From: the human T2T-CHM13v2.0 reference genome, Homo sapiens
Assembly: GCF_009914755.1 (NCBI RefSeq)
Contig: NC_060934.1
Reading direction: 5' to 3' (one strand)
DNA: 64,000 nt
Part shown: positions 13,898-26,938 of the stretch, in pieces
Numbering within the stretch: position 1 is the first letter of the stretch
Layout of the letters: each line of letters opens with the position of its first letter
Position numbers and translations under genes: made by a program
The notes under the pieces: model-generated
What the model was told of the DNA's origin: nothing
Database searches by the model: none
The model's input: the letters and a program-made list of their open reading frames with translations, nothing else

Positions 13898-15658
13898 TCA
13901 GCCCCCAAGGCCTTGCACTGGGTGATGGGATGTAGCAGTGAGCCATCCTATGACCTGCAGCCTTGACAGAAGAGGGCCATGTAACACAATACCTCCCTAG
14001 CCTGTGAGGTGTCATACTAGGAAATGAAACTCCCTGTGCCTCAGTTTCCTCATCTGTAAAATGAGAATACTAATAGCTCAGAGGATGGGAGGAGTTCATG
14101 TGTATGAGCTACTCAATGCCTGGAACATAGCAGGAACTTCACAAGTAATTCCTATGGTTATGCTGATGTTGGAGGCTGGGAGAGCAGCATATGGGGGTTA
14201 AGACAAGGAAGATGGCACATCTGGTGGAGGTATCAGGGTAGGCTTCCAAGCAAGTGGTTGCAGATGTGGCCTTGGTGACTGGGAGGGGTGTGTCCCAGGA
14301 GGTAGGAAGAGCATGAGCAATGGCACAGAGGTAAGAGTATGTACATAATGCTGGCAATTCTGGAAGTCACCCTGCATGGCCACAGGATGAGGTGAGGGCA
14401 AGGAAGCATGAGTCTTGAGGCTGGAGGACTGCACAGCCAGAAGGAGGAGAGATGCTGAGGATCTGAGACCTTCCCCCACCCCTCTCGGGGTGCAGGAGCT
14501 GTCAGGAAGGAAGTGGGAGGCATGGTCCTCCTCAGGTCGCTTGTCCCAGACTTCCTCATCAGTGCCGCATGTACTTGCTCCTCTGGAGGGGCGCTGACGC
14601 AGGTGAGGGGACACTGCATGAGGAGATGTGGCTCTTGCACCCCCTCTTGTCCCCCCACCGAGTTGCTGGGACTACAGGCATGTGCCACCATGCCTGGCTG
14701 AGACCTGGCTCTTGTTCCAGCTCTGGTGCTTCCCAGTGGTGCAGTCAGGGAAAGCCATCACCTCCTTTTGGGGCTCAGCTTAGTCACCCACAAAAGGGCT
14801 GTTGTGAGGCTCAGAGGGTGAGAGGTGCCTCATGAAGGGAGGCGTTAGGGTCATTACCTATTCACAGTCCTAGATAGTCACAGTTCTGAGCAGCTCCCTC
14901 CAGGTATTTTCTTGTCCCTACTCCACTAAATGGCCCCCTCTGAAAGCCCTCCCTAAAGCAGGGCCGCCCTCAAACTCTAAAGTGAACTGTAGCTCAGTCC
15001 AAGGGTTAAAGGCTCAGACCTACAGAATCTTAGGACAATCAGAGGCAAAAGTGCTGGTGGATATCCCACACTCTCTCACTTGGCAGATGGGGAACAGGCA
15101 CAGGGAGAGTTTGTGATGTGCTCAGGCCACACAGCAAGTCAGGCAATGGCGGGCTGGGCACATAGGTGTCCCGGCTCCTGAGGCAGGCTCCCAGCCTATT
15201 CTCTTGTGACTCCCATCTGAAGAAGGGGTTGGTGGTTGAACTGGGTCTCGAACCATAGGGCAGAACTCCATGGTAGAAAGTGAGAAGACGGCTGGCTTGA
15301 GGGAAGGACATTGGAGAGTCAAGCCTTGGAGGATGGGAAGGTGTGGGCTCAGAGAATGGAGGGGCCATCTGATTGGAAATGAGGGGGAGGCAGAGCAGGG
15401 GAGCCTAATTCGCTGAAGGACATAGATCTTCCCTGCTTGACCCAACCACTCACCTCTTAGAGGCACAGGGCTCAGAGCTGGGCAGGGCCCAAATGCTTCC
15501 TGTATCCACCAAGGGGTGAACTCTAAATGTAATCTCCATTACCTCACTGCCATGGGAGGCACCCTGGTCATTCCCTGGCAAGTGGGTGAGAGTCTTTACT
15601 TCACCCCAAAGTACCTGGTAGGTTACCTTATCTGCACCATAACCTGGCAGTGAGATGA

Positions 15659-16201
<543 letters not shown>

Positions 16202-17724
16202 TAGTCTCAATTTTAGATGTTCCCTGGCTCCCTTAAGTTCCAGAAGTGAGAGGTGGAGAGTGGGGACAGAGAAGGCAGCTCCTGGACAGGTGGGAATCCC
16301 CACTGTGTACCCGCCCCCATCCCAGCCCAGCCTAGGAGGCCATACTCGCCGCACCCTACACAAGTCCTTTGCTTCCCTCAGGGACCTCAAGCCTCCCACC
16401 CCCACCATCCTGCTGGCCTCCAGATTTTCTGCCTCCTGAAACCTGGGCCCAGGCCCCAGCAATGGTCCTCTCCCCAATCTGCTGGTGGCTCCCACAGGAC
16501 AGGGAAATTAACAGCACTTGAGTGTGCTCTGAAGGTTGGTACAACCTGGCGGCCCCACACTGCCCATGTCCTCCTAGTGGAGCCAGGTGACTTCTGGGCC
16601 TGCAGGGGCTGAGCAGGATGCATCTTCCAGCTCTGGGCCACGAGGAAGTGATGGCACTGTCCTCTCTTGTCTCACCAGCAGATCTCCAGGCCCAGTGAGG
16701 CTGAGGCTTTGGGGGTGAGGTTGTTGGACACACAGTTCCCAGTGAGTCCTGATGGCACCATGGACCTTACAGGGGCTCAGAGGGGGAAAGCAGCTTGCTT
16801 GGGGCTACACAGTCTATGGATGAACAGAGCCAGGGCTGAGGGGACAACAGGAAACTCTGTTCATGGGGGCCCGAGTTCCCATCCTGACCAATCTTGGGCA
16901 AGTCATTCACAGTTGAGTTTCCTCTGAAAGGGGGATGGTAGCGGCACCTAACTTAAGACAATGTGACAGTTCAATCAGGGAACTGAATTCTCAATACCTA
17001 GGAGGACCCACCACAGTACTCACCACATAGTAGACAGTAAATAAGTCATAGCTTCTTCCAAGACCCCAGAGGTATCCAATCTACCCCATTACCTCCCTGG
17101 AAGATGAACAAAGAGAGCAAGGGCCTCAGAGACCCAAGGACTGGAGCCTAGGGAAGACCCAGGACCCTGGTGGGCTTTCTGACTTGCTGCCATGCTTGCA
17201 CAGAAGGGGAGGGTTGAAATGATCCCTGGTTCCATGCTACTAAGTTGAGCCTACTTGGCTCCTCTGCCCTCTGCAGCCACTTCCTGGGTTTCAGATGTAA
17301 ATACTGGTGGGAGAGTAGGGGGCTGGGATGTGGGGTAGGGGGTGGAGCTTCTGGACAGGAGACTTTGAACATGAGTGGTCACCTCCGAGGTCACCTGCAT
17401 CCCCCAATTCCTGGAAGTGGGCAGGCCCTGGATACTTATTGAGGAATCTGGACAGAAAGGTTGAGAGGGCTGGGCGTCCAGACCTAGCTGGTCATTAAGG
17501 CAACAAGAACTGGTCTAATTGTGGGCTGGGCTGGATTATCACATCCCAAATCCTTAAATACCCAGAAACTCTCTTTTGGGATTTTGGACCTGGGTATGGG
17601 GTGGCTGCTGCCACTGCTGCAATGCTGTGGATTGCTGGGAGTGGGACAGCTGTGGCTGCAGCCACCGTTCTGCAAGCTTAATTCCTACCTTCGGAGGTTT
17701 CTCAGGTGGCCCTGGTGTACCTAC

Positions 17725-18730
17725 CTGTGAACTTAGGCCACCCACAGGCTGAGGAGGGGCTCAATCACACAGCAATGTGCTGGGACCATGACTCCCTGGT
17801 GTCCCTAGAGGTCTGGAAGTGCTTTCATACCACCCACCCTCTCCAGGGATGCTCAGCTGCCACCTACAGGGAGGGCGGGGGTGGAAGAGCAGCAGTCATC
17901 ACAGTCCATGTCCATGTGACAGGTAGGAAGACTGAGGCCCCAAAGGAGTGCCTTTTCTTGCACCCAATGGCATAGGGAGGCAGAATTTCCCCTGGGGAAA
18001 ATAAAATAACGCCCCCACTCCGCCGCCTGCGCCCCCACACACCCCGTCCCCCACGCCCGGGTGGACCTAAGCAGCAGTTTTCTGAGCTTTCAGGAATTCC
18101 AGACTGAGTTCACTGGCTGTGAGACTAGCGGAGCCTTGAGAATGAATTCAAAGCTGGCAAATTCATTTTGCCTCCTCTCCCTCGGTGGTGGAAGGAGTGA
18201 TCTCTCCGGCTCTGAAGGAGTTCAAGCCGAGGTCAGCGAAGCCCTCAGAAGGATGTTCTAAAATGGGGGTGGGGGGTAGTGCTCCGGCCTGCTTCCCCGG
18301 TTGGCCCAAGGTCCGCGCTGATCACCGCCCAAGAGGCCCAGGAGACCCGCAAATCTGTGCTGCACGTCCGCACTCCCATGCGGGCCTCGTCAATCAGGAG
18401 GCGGCTCCGGCCAGGCCTGGACATCTTCGGCCCGCCCCAGGCCCCGGGGGAGACCCCCGCCTGGGCCGCCTCCGGGTGCCCGCCCCCCGGCGGTGTCATT
18501 GTTCTCTGACGTCACGCCTCAGCCCCGCCCCTCTCCCCCCACCCTTCCTCCCCCACCTCCGGCTCCCCGCGCCCCCGACCCTGCAGCCTCCGAAGCCCCG
18601 GCCGTGCAAGGCTCCCCCCGCAGCCCGGCCGGGGCTGCGCCCCCTTGCGCTCTCCCCAACTTGCCTTTGTTATTCCAGCTCCCTTCCTCGCCTCGCCTCC
18701 GACACGGTGGCAGCCTGCAAAACGTGGAGC
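17725..18730 (-). ncRNA. ZMIZ1-AS1: Probable 5' region of a divergent antisense lncRNA (exon limits uncertain)
   Basis: Inferred from locus identity (recalled head-to-head lncRNA), C-rich plus strand at 18510-18700, and a minus-strand CAG|GTAGGT donor at 17725/17724; no direct transcript evidence. Confidence 0.3.
18507..18514. promoter_or_regulatory. Full palindromic CRE (CREB/ATF site)
   Basis: TGACGTCA within the CpG island. Confidence 0.65.
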
Positions 18731-20196
18731 GCGGAGTCACTGCCACACCTGGAATCCGAAGCGGGCTCCGCCGGCTCCCGGCCGAAGCCGCCCCCGCCTG
18801 CCGGGGAGGGGAGCGCGTGCGTGGGCGGCGCGTGTGTGTCCAAAGAGGGCTGCGCGGGCGCCAATTATGATTGGGACTGGGGGTGCCGAAAATCAGGGGT
18901 GGGGGGCCTCGAGGAAGGGGTATGGAAGAGGAAGTGGGAGAGGAGGGCGTGTGTTTGTGTGTGTACGTTAACGTGAGGATTTAGTGCCCAGGGGAACGTT
19001 TCGTGTTTTGTTTTTTGATTGTATGTGGGGTTGTGTACAGCGATGTGTGTGTGTAACTGCGTGTCTCTGAGCGTGCCTGCTGTGGCCGTGTAAGCGGGCA
19101 TCTTTGTGAGGGAAAGTAAGCGAGTGTGTGGGGGCGCGTTTGTGGTTTGGGGGGGAGCGTGTTTGCAATGCTGAGGGAGCGAACGTGTGTGCCGTTCTTG
19201 TAGGAGTTTCCGTGAGAGTGGCAGTGGACGTGAGCCAAAGTGGGCGCGTAGTTGGATGCTCTCGGGGGGGGGGGGGGGTGGGTCGGCTAGGGGAACTCCC
19301 GCGAGTGGGTGCACCCAACTGCGCCTCGTGAGTACCTTAGCTCTCCGCTATCTCTGGCAGTGCCCAGTCCGGGGCAGAGGGCCAGGCCCCAGCCTAGCAG
19401 CTCCCACGCAGCCCGCGCGCACAGCGCCCCGGGCGCTCCGCGCCGGGCCTAGGGGAATCCACGCGTCTCTGGACTGTGCTAGGTGCCGCGGATCAACTGT
19501 GGCCACCACACCCCCGCTCCCCCACAGCTGTCGGGGGGCCGCGCTCTAGTCTCCCTCAAAGTCACCCTTGGTGGTGGTGGTCCTCTTCCCACCCCAACCA
19601 CCAGTCCCCGGGCTGTAGGAACAATTCCAAAGTCAACCCCAGGGGAAGGCTTTGGAGGTCCAGTTACCAACTCGCTTACCCCAATTCGGGTACCTGACAG
19701 CGCCCGGGGCCACGAGTGCACTCCAGGCGGGGGCGTGCCAGCGCGGGGCAGGGGCTCTCGGGTGAGCAGTGTGATTTTGGCTTCCTCCCCAAGGTGGTCC
19801 CTACCTAGGCTCAGCATTTGTTCCCCTCTCCAAACTTACTGGGGCTGGGGCCTGCAGGGGGGCTGGGGGCTGCAGGGGGCGTCAGGGAGTAGCGGAGGGA
19901 GTAGGGCAAGGAGAGAGGTGAGTGGACTGGTGGCGTAGCGGGGAACCAGGAGCCAGGAGAAGAAAAGCTGGGAGAGCGCCGAGACCGAGGAGCGAGGAAG
20001 AGAGGAAGAGAAAGGAAAGGAAAGGCGAGGGAGAGAACGAGGAGAGGCGAAAAGGAAAGGGGAAAGAGAGCGCAGAGCGCGAGCCAAGCCGAGCGCCGGC
20101 AGCGGCGGCGGCGCGGCGCGGCGCTCCACTCCGGCCTGACTCCGCACCGGCTTTTGCGGGCGGCCGGCGGCGCGGGGCCCTTTGGAAATAGAATAG

Positions 20197-20201
20197 CCAA
20201 T
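20197..20201 (+). promoter_or_regulatory. CCAAT box just upstream of exon 1
   Basis: TAGCCAATG in an AT-richer patch of the CpG island. Confidence 0.5.
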
Positions 20202-20239
20202 GTAATCTGACACTTCAACTTGCTCGGCTCCGGGCGAGT

Positions 20240-20550
20240 TGATTCACTTACTCACCCCCTAACGCCGAGTTCCTTTTCACTGTCTGTGGACATTAAAAAA
20301 GCGAGCGGCGGCGGCGGGCGCCGGGGAGAGCGGGCGGCCGGGCGGCAGGCGGGCGAGCAGCGATCGGGCGGCCGAGCGAGCGAGCAACGCCGGCGCAGCG
20401 CGGTGACCCCAGCCCCAGCCGGCGCGGAGCAGGAGCCGGAGCCGAGCGGATCTCGGCGCCCTCGCTGCGCTCCTCCCGGCCCGAGCCTGCCCTACCCGGC
20501 GGTGGCGGCGGCGCGTCCTCCAGCGGCGGCAGCGGCGCTCGCAGCGCCCG
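20240..20550 (+). other. ZMIZ1: Non-coding first exon (5' UTR); exact TSS uncertain (~20210-20250)
   Basis: No ATG between 20210 and 20550; consensus donor CCG|GTAAGT at 20550/20551; in CpG island after CCAAT; resembles the ZMIZ1 mRNA 5' end as recalled, not aligned. Confidence 0.7.
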
Positions 20551-23500
20551 GTAAGTTTGGGGCCAGAGCCAGGCGCCCGCTGGCTCCGGGGCTACCTCCC
20601 GCTCCCCGGGGACTCTCGGGGTGCAAGCGTGGGGATTGGGTGCTGGGGTTTTTCCCTTAAAGTGTCCCCCGGAGCGGGGCGACCGGCCGGCGGCGCGGGC
20701 TCCGCTCCGCTCTCCTTGGCGGCCGGGGGCCGAGGCCCGGCGGCCGGCGAGCTCCCGGCTGCGCGGAGCCGGCTTGGGCTGCGCGTGGGGGCCGGGTTTG
20801 TCAGGGTGTGCGGGGCGTAAGTGTGGTCGTGCGCGCGCGGACCCGGTGCCCGCCTCCTGCCGGCGCGCCTCCAGCCCTCGCTCCCTACACCCGGGGGCCG
20901 GGCAGGACCGGGAATCGGAGGAGGGAGGGAAGGACCGCCTCGGTCTCCTTCGCCTCCTCTGGGGAGATGCGAAGTTGTGCGCCTGTGTGTGTACAGGAAC
21001 CGCTGGGGAAAGCGCTGGATTTCAGGATGGCAAGGGGTGGTGGTGTTAACTTGTGCGTCTGAATTTCCAGGGAAAACATACACTTTTGTAAATGGGAGGT
21101 GGGGGCGCGGTTAAGTTGTTTGTGTGGGAATTGCCCGGGGAAAGCTGGCGCGCGGTACAAACGAGAAACGCGGAGGTGTGTGTGCAGGGTTTTCTCCCAG
21201 GGCTTCGCAAGCCAGAGGGGCGCTCAGGCCAGTGCCTGGACGGGGCTGCCCCGGCCAGGAGGGGAGCCCAGGGGGAAGATGTGCGTGTGTGTGCGCGCGC
21301 GCGTTGCAAATACGAAAGTAATTTCCCCGTGTTCTTTCTTCCTCTCCGTCTCCGGCGGCGGTGGCCCCGGGGGAGTGGGAGGCCAGCCGGGGCGGAGGTT
21401 GGGGGGCCGGGGCTGGAGCCGGGGTCGGGGGGGGGAGGCGGGTTCTGGAAGCTTGCTTCACATTCCTGGCGTCTGGGCTGGGGAAAAAACAGTGGGGAGC
21501 GCGGCCTCGGCGTCTAGGGCGCGGGCAGCGGGCGCGCGTCGCCCCCTCGCTGGGGACATCTGTCCAGGAAGCCGGCCGGGCGGGGATAGGGCGCGGTGCG
21601 GAGGGCAGGCTCCCCGCCCTGGAGCGGTGGGGGCGCGGGCGAGGGGCGGCCGCCTTCCCGGCCATTGTGCGCCAGCAGATTTTCACGGGAGACTGCCCCG
21701 GAGCCGCCGGAGAAGGCCGGGAGCCGGCCTCAGCCCCGGGTTTAAAAGACACTCCAGGAATGTAAACAACCCGGGCGGGAGGGCGGGCGGACGGGAGCGC
21801 GCCAGGGCAGCCGGCCCGGGCCCCCCACCCCTCCCCGGGGACAGCCGGTCGGCACTGCCGCCCAGCCCTACCCCTCTACCTGCAGCAAACTTTTTCCTTC
21901 TCTGCCTTCCCTTCCCACCTCGTCCCTCCAGCAGGTCACAGAGCGAGGGCCGCTCCCAGGTGGGCCAAGGGTGCTTGGTACCCTTGCCTGACCGGGGAGG
22001 CCTGACGGCCGGGTCCCTGCTTCGGTGCCCGGAGCCCCGGCTGCGCCTGCCCGGGAGCCGTCAGCTTCCTGGGTAGGCAGTGCCCGAGTAACTGGGGCTT
22101 TGAGCCTGCCCGCCTGCCTCCCTCCCTCCCTCCCTCCCGCTGCTCCTTCCCCCGCGCGCTCTCCCCCTTCTCCTCTCCCCTGACTGCTTTTCCAATGCCC
22201 TGACATGAGGGAGGAAGATTTAACTTGGCAGCCCAAACAAATGTTCTCTCAGAGGTCCTCCAAGAAGCTGGCGGCTGGGCTGGCGGGGTGAGGGCACGGC
22301 TCGGCCAGCCTTTCCCTCCTCTCTGCTCTGCCACGGACATTTGGAGCCCTCTGGGTGGACAGCCCAGGGCATGGGAGAGTAGGGCCCAGCCCCAAAGATT
22401 TAAAAGGGCAGTGGGCGGCCGCCTGTGGAAGCCCCTGGCTCCGCGCCGGGTGCAGAGCCGCTCCGAGCTGCCTCCTGGTGCCAAGGGTTTTCTGAAGGAT
22501 TTTCTTGAGCAACAGTTTGTCTCCCTGCTGCAACCTGGGAACCGGGCCTGGTAGACCAGAGGGTTAACCAGTGCCGACTCCTCCTCCCTGGTGGGTGTGA
22601 GGACAGGCTGGTTACACAGGGCAGGGCAGGAGGCCAGAGGCTGTTCCCAGAGGTGCCTGGGTTTGCTTATTACTGTTTTTGAAGGTACAGATAAAGAGGC
22701 AGGCGCCGGGGCTGGAGAGCCGGGCAGCTTGGCGCTGGTGAATTCCAGCCTGCGTTCGCTGGCGCTTGTACGGTCCCGGGAGTGTGAAGCTGCTGTTGAG
22801 CTATCGGGGAAGTTGAGATGAGAGAGCAAGCTCTTTCTTAGCCTTCTCAGCCCCGGCTGCTTTGTGAGGGGGTCCAGAGTGGGGGAAATTCCTGGCCCCT
22901 CACTTGCTGGCTCCTGGCCCCAGTGCAGGGGCCGGGTGGGTTTGTGAATACCCCAAGCCTTGGGCTGACCTTTCCCTCTTCAAGTCGAGGATGTTGAAAC
23001 ATCAGCATCAAACAAAAGACACATTGAAAGCCCTATCTGCTACAGAGCACGTGTGAGTTGGGGGCCCAGGGAATGCATTTGGAGGGAGATGGTGTTTTCT
23101 TCTGAGCTTTATGATTTTCGGTTGGGTTTTGTTTTCCCCCAAAGGACAGAAGCGTCTCCTTGTCCCAAATCACGAGGTTTTGAAACGCTGTTTTCACATG
23201 TAAATCTCAAAAGTTTAGACTTCTGAGAGTTGGTGGCAGTGACTGGGGGTGGGGGCTGGGTGGGGGGAGGAGAAGGGAGCAGTAGGGAGTGGATTCAAGA
23301 GGTGGATTTGGCATTTTGGGTAGGGCTTACTGAGAAGAGTTGGGAATAAGAAATTGCTGGACTTATGAATAAATAGCCTTGTCTATGCAGAAAAGGGTTG
23401 CTGGCTTCTTTGTGGGGACAAAATGTCCCTTTTCCCTCCTAAGCAAAGGGGGGAGGAGGGTTCTTGTTCCTCTCACAGCCAGGGGCAAAATGAAGAAAGG

Positions 23501-26500
23501 TCCAGAGACTGCGGGGTTTGGCGACAGAACCAGTTTCTCCCTCACGCACGCGCGCACGCACACTCACTTCCCTAGCCACAATAACAACGATGTCTCCATC
23601 CCTGGCCCCCATAGATATGCCTCCAACATAGGACAGGTGTCCATGCTTGACTCATTCCAGAAAATTGCAGGGGCAAGGACCCAACTGAGAAGAGCTGCAG
23701 ACTTCACTTTTTTTCCTGTTTCTTCCTGATGGCGGGAGGGGTGAAGGGATTTAGGAAGGAAGGCACTTTGAGGCCTGCTGCATCCTGAGAGTTTTGTCAC
23801 AAGAATACCTGCGTATAAAGCCACTGACCCTGAGGGTCCAACGAGTGGCCATGACCCTGGCCTCAGGGTGAGGCATTGTTGTAAGAAATTCAGGCACCAA
23901 CCAATTAATTTCCAGAAGCTTCTGTAGGCACTTGGTCGTGGGACCAGGAAGCAGGGCCTGCTGGTTCGTGGCTGGGTCCTCTACATTTTCATTCATAACT
24001 TTGCTCCCCAGGGCCCTGGCCCAGCCCCTGTCACTGCTGCCTGGTCTTTATGAGGCTCCTTAGATTTTGTGTGGACAACAAAGGCCAGGCTGCCACGATT
24101 ACCCAGGACACTGCTGCAGCCTTGCCTGGCGACAGCTCTGACCTCTTAGCAGGATATAGTGCTCTCTGCTCATGCCCTTTGGGGGAGTGCTCTTTGTCCT
24201 TAAGAGTCCCTCAGGATGGGGAGGCAGCAATCCACCTGGCTGTAAGCTCCGGGGCGTTCTGAGGTTGGGCCCTGCCTTTAGAGAGGATGAAGGGAGGAGG
24301 CTGAGAAAAGCAGTCCTAGGCATAGGCTCTGGGGAGAGGCTAGACCCCATCATGATTGAGAGGGTCTCCCTATTACCGGAGGAGATGGGCGAGAGGACCA
24401 AGGTGTCAGGAGGCTGTTGCTTGCTATCTGTGTTGGGCCAGTAACTCTCCTGTGCTGGACCTTAGTCTCCTGATCTGTAAAATGGGTCTGAGGGCAGAAC
24501 TCCTCCGATCCCACTTGGTTGCTGGGAGAATGAGGCAGATGTGGGCATGAGTCCCCTAGGCATGTGTCCCTTGAAGGCCTGGGAGGCTCTGGGTACAGAA
24601 TGGGTAGAACACAAAGGGTTTAGATTGCAAGTGCTAGAAGCATTTTGCTGAAGCTGCTCTCATCCAGACCTACTTCCCTGGCAGCTGATTGTCCAGTCTT
24701 GGCTTGCATGCCCCCCACAGGACAGGGTACTCATTACCTCCTGGAAGCCTCTGCCTTCAGTGGGCAGTTGTGAGTGTTAACATGTTCTGCTACATGCCTT
24801 CTGCAAATCCACACCTCCTGACCCCACTCTGGGCTTGAGATGCTGGGGGGCCCTCCAGACCATAGACTCGTTCTTTCCTGAATGATCCTGGGTTCAAGAC
24901 CAGTGCCTAGGCAGGCCCCTAGGTAGGGGGACACATTCAAGTGGCTGCTTCTAGCCCTTATTGGGAATGACCTGTTGTGGGGGGTGCAGAAGGGGGAAGG
25001 GTCTGCCTGGGGGTGCTCACTGTCATCTGCCTTTGTGTGCCAGGTTTGCCTCTGGGCACTTTCCTTGGAGCGGGGTATGAGAAGGAAGGGGGTGCGTGAT
25101 GAGGGCTGGGGTTGGGTCAGGGGCCCGGCATGGGTGCCACAGGTGTTGACTGTGAGTGTCCACCCTGTGGATAAAGACTGTGTCCTAGGAGAGACCAGAA
25201 CTGTGGAAGACAGTTCCTGTTCCTCAGGAGCCCACAGTCCAGTGCCGGCAGGAAGATCAGTCCAAATAAATAATTAACCGCTACCAGCTGGCTGCCTGCC
25301 ACGGGCGCGTGATGACAGTAATAACCACAGCCCCTCTCCTTTGTATGGTACTTGGTGGATTTAGAAGCTTTTTCCATCTTTGTTTATCCCCAATAACAAC
25401 AGTGTAAGCTAGTTACTATTTGGAATTATCCCCATTTAACAGAGCAGAAAACCAAGGTTCAGAGCGGTCAAACAACTGGTGGCAAAGTTAGGACTGAACC
25501 TCAGGCCTTACCGATACCAACCCCTGCGCTGCCTCCTTTCCAGTCCACTGAGTGAGCGCTCCAGCCAGGCTCGGACACGGTGCAGAGTCAGGATAGGCTC
25601 CAAAACTGGGTGCTGGGGGAATGAGGTGAAGGAGGAGCCATTCTCAGGAAGGGTCACAGATGGGCCTCACCTGTCTTCCCCCTCCCATATGGCAGCACAT
25701 GGTCCATGCCCCCAGTAGCTGTGTCCCTTTCTTTTGGCACAGTGTCTTACAGCCAGAGCTTGCTTCGAGACACAAATCCTGCCTTGACTGCCCAGGGCAC
25801 ACAGGTCTATACATGGGGCTTCATGCCCTTCTCCGGCTCTGGAGTAGGAGGCAGAGGTGTTTCCAGCCCCCCGGGTCCCCATGAAGCCCAGTGCTCTTCC
25901 TTGGGTTCCTATGGTTTCTGTAGTCCCTCTTCGGGCTGAGTCAGTCCCCAGGCTATGTGGGGCACCCACTCCGTGTGAGACCTTAGGTTCTTTCTGCCCC
26001 TTGCAGCCTCCACCCTTGGGCCTGGTTTTCTGTAGCTCAGCTGAGTGCCACCCTAGGACAAGGCTGTAGCTAGTGGGGTTCAGGCCGGGGAGCAGCCGGG
26101 CAGGCTGAGCTGGCACCTCCCCAGGAAGCCTGGCCCAGCCTGGCACACCTGTGCAGGTAATGACTGTGGCTTGGGAGGGCCCCAGGCCCTGCCTGTCAGG
26201 CCCAGCTGCTGGAGTTACTGCAGGATTGTGCTGGGGGAGGCTGGGGTGTCTGAGCTAATTAGATTTCTTAGATTTCAATGCTCCCCTAATCCTGTTAGTC
26301 TGGCTGTAATTGTAACCACTTGAAGGTTTCGGCTGTGGCAGGCTGTTGAGGACAGACGGTGGGGGGACTGTGCTCTGCCCCAGCCCCAGCTCCACCCCTA
26401 GACAGCCAGCTGAGGGCCTGGGGACTGCCTTCTTAGGTCTTGAGGATGGGGGCTTGAGTGATGGTGGGTGTCGTGTTTTTCTGTAGAAACTGAGTATCGC

Positions 26501-26814
26501 AGACTGTCAGAGTGGACATAGCCCTTTGAGATCACCCAGCTCAAACCCTTCACTGTTCAGATGGGGAAACTTAGGCCCACAGAGGGACAGAGACTGGCTC
26601 AGGACCTTGATGGCTGGTAGCAGTGGAGCATCAAAGACTAGTGGTCTGACTTTGGGATATTTGTCCCTAGGCACTTCAGGGAAAGTCTGGAATTTCCAGG
26701 GACTAGTGAACCCTCCAGAGACTTCTGCCCCTAGAGATAGGGCTTGGGGGGCTTCATTTGTCCCCAAGCTTGTTCCCCAGTTGGCAGTTACCTGTCTTAT
26801 ATTCCCCCAGCCCT

Positions 26815-26938
26815 GTGTGTGTGCACACCTGCACACAGCTGCACACACATGCACACACATGCACACCTGCACACATATGCACACATGCACACCTGCACAC
26901 ATGCAAACGCATGCACACCTGCACACACATGCACACAC
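26815..26938. repeat. Degenerate (GCACAC/ACATGC/ACACCT) minisatellite-like repeat
   Basis: Tandem tgcacac(a/ct) units over ~120 bp. Confidence 0.9.

Larger units (their letters stand above)
18000..22500. promoter_or_regulatory. Large CpG island / bidirectional promoter region
   Basis: Very high GC and dense CpG against CpG-depleted flanks; GC boxes, CRE, CCAAT; boundaries approximate. Confidence 0.92.

Noticed and set aside
18185-18976. 263-aa ORF upstream of exon 1
   Set aside because: Low-complexity Pro-rich translation of promoter DNA with a non-ATG start and no protein family signature
20220-20660. 146-aa ORF over exon 1
   Set aside because: Starts at TTG and reads through the splice donor; the exon has no ATG
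21099-22829. Long ORFs (325 aa +, 213 aa -, 297 aa -) in the CpG island
   Set aside because: Gly/Arg/Pro/Ala-rich, overlapping in several frames, no recognisable domain; expected from stop-codon scarcity in very GC-rich DNA
26815-26938. Short tandem units considered as a CRISPR-like array
   Set aside because: No unique spacers, units only 8-10 bp and degenerate, primate context, no cas genes
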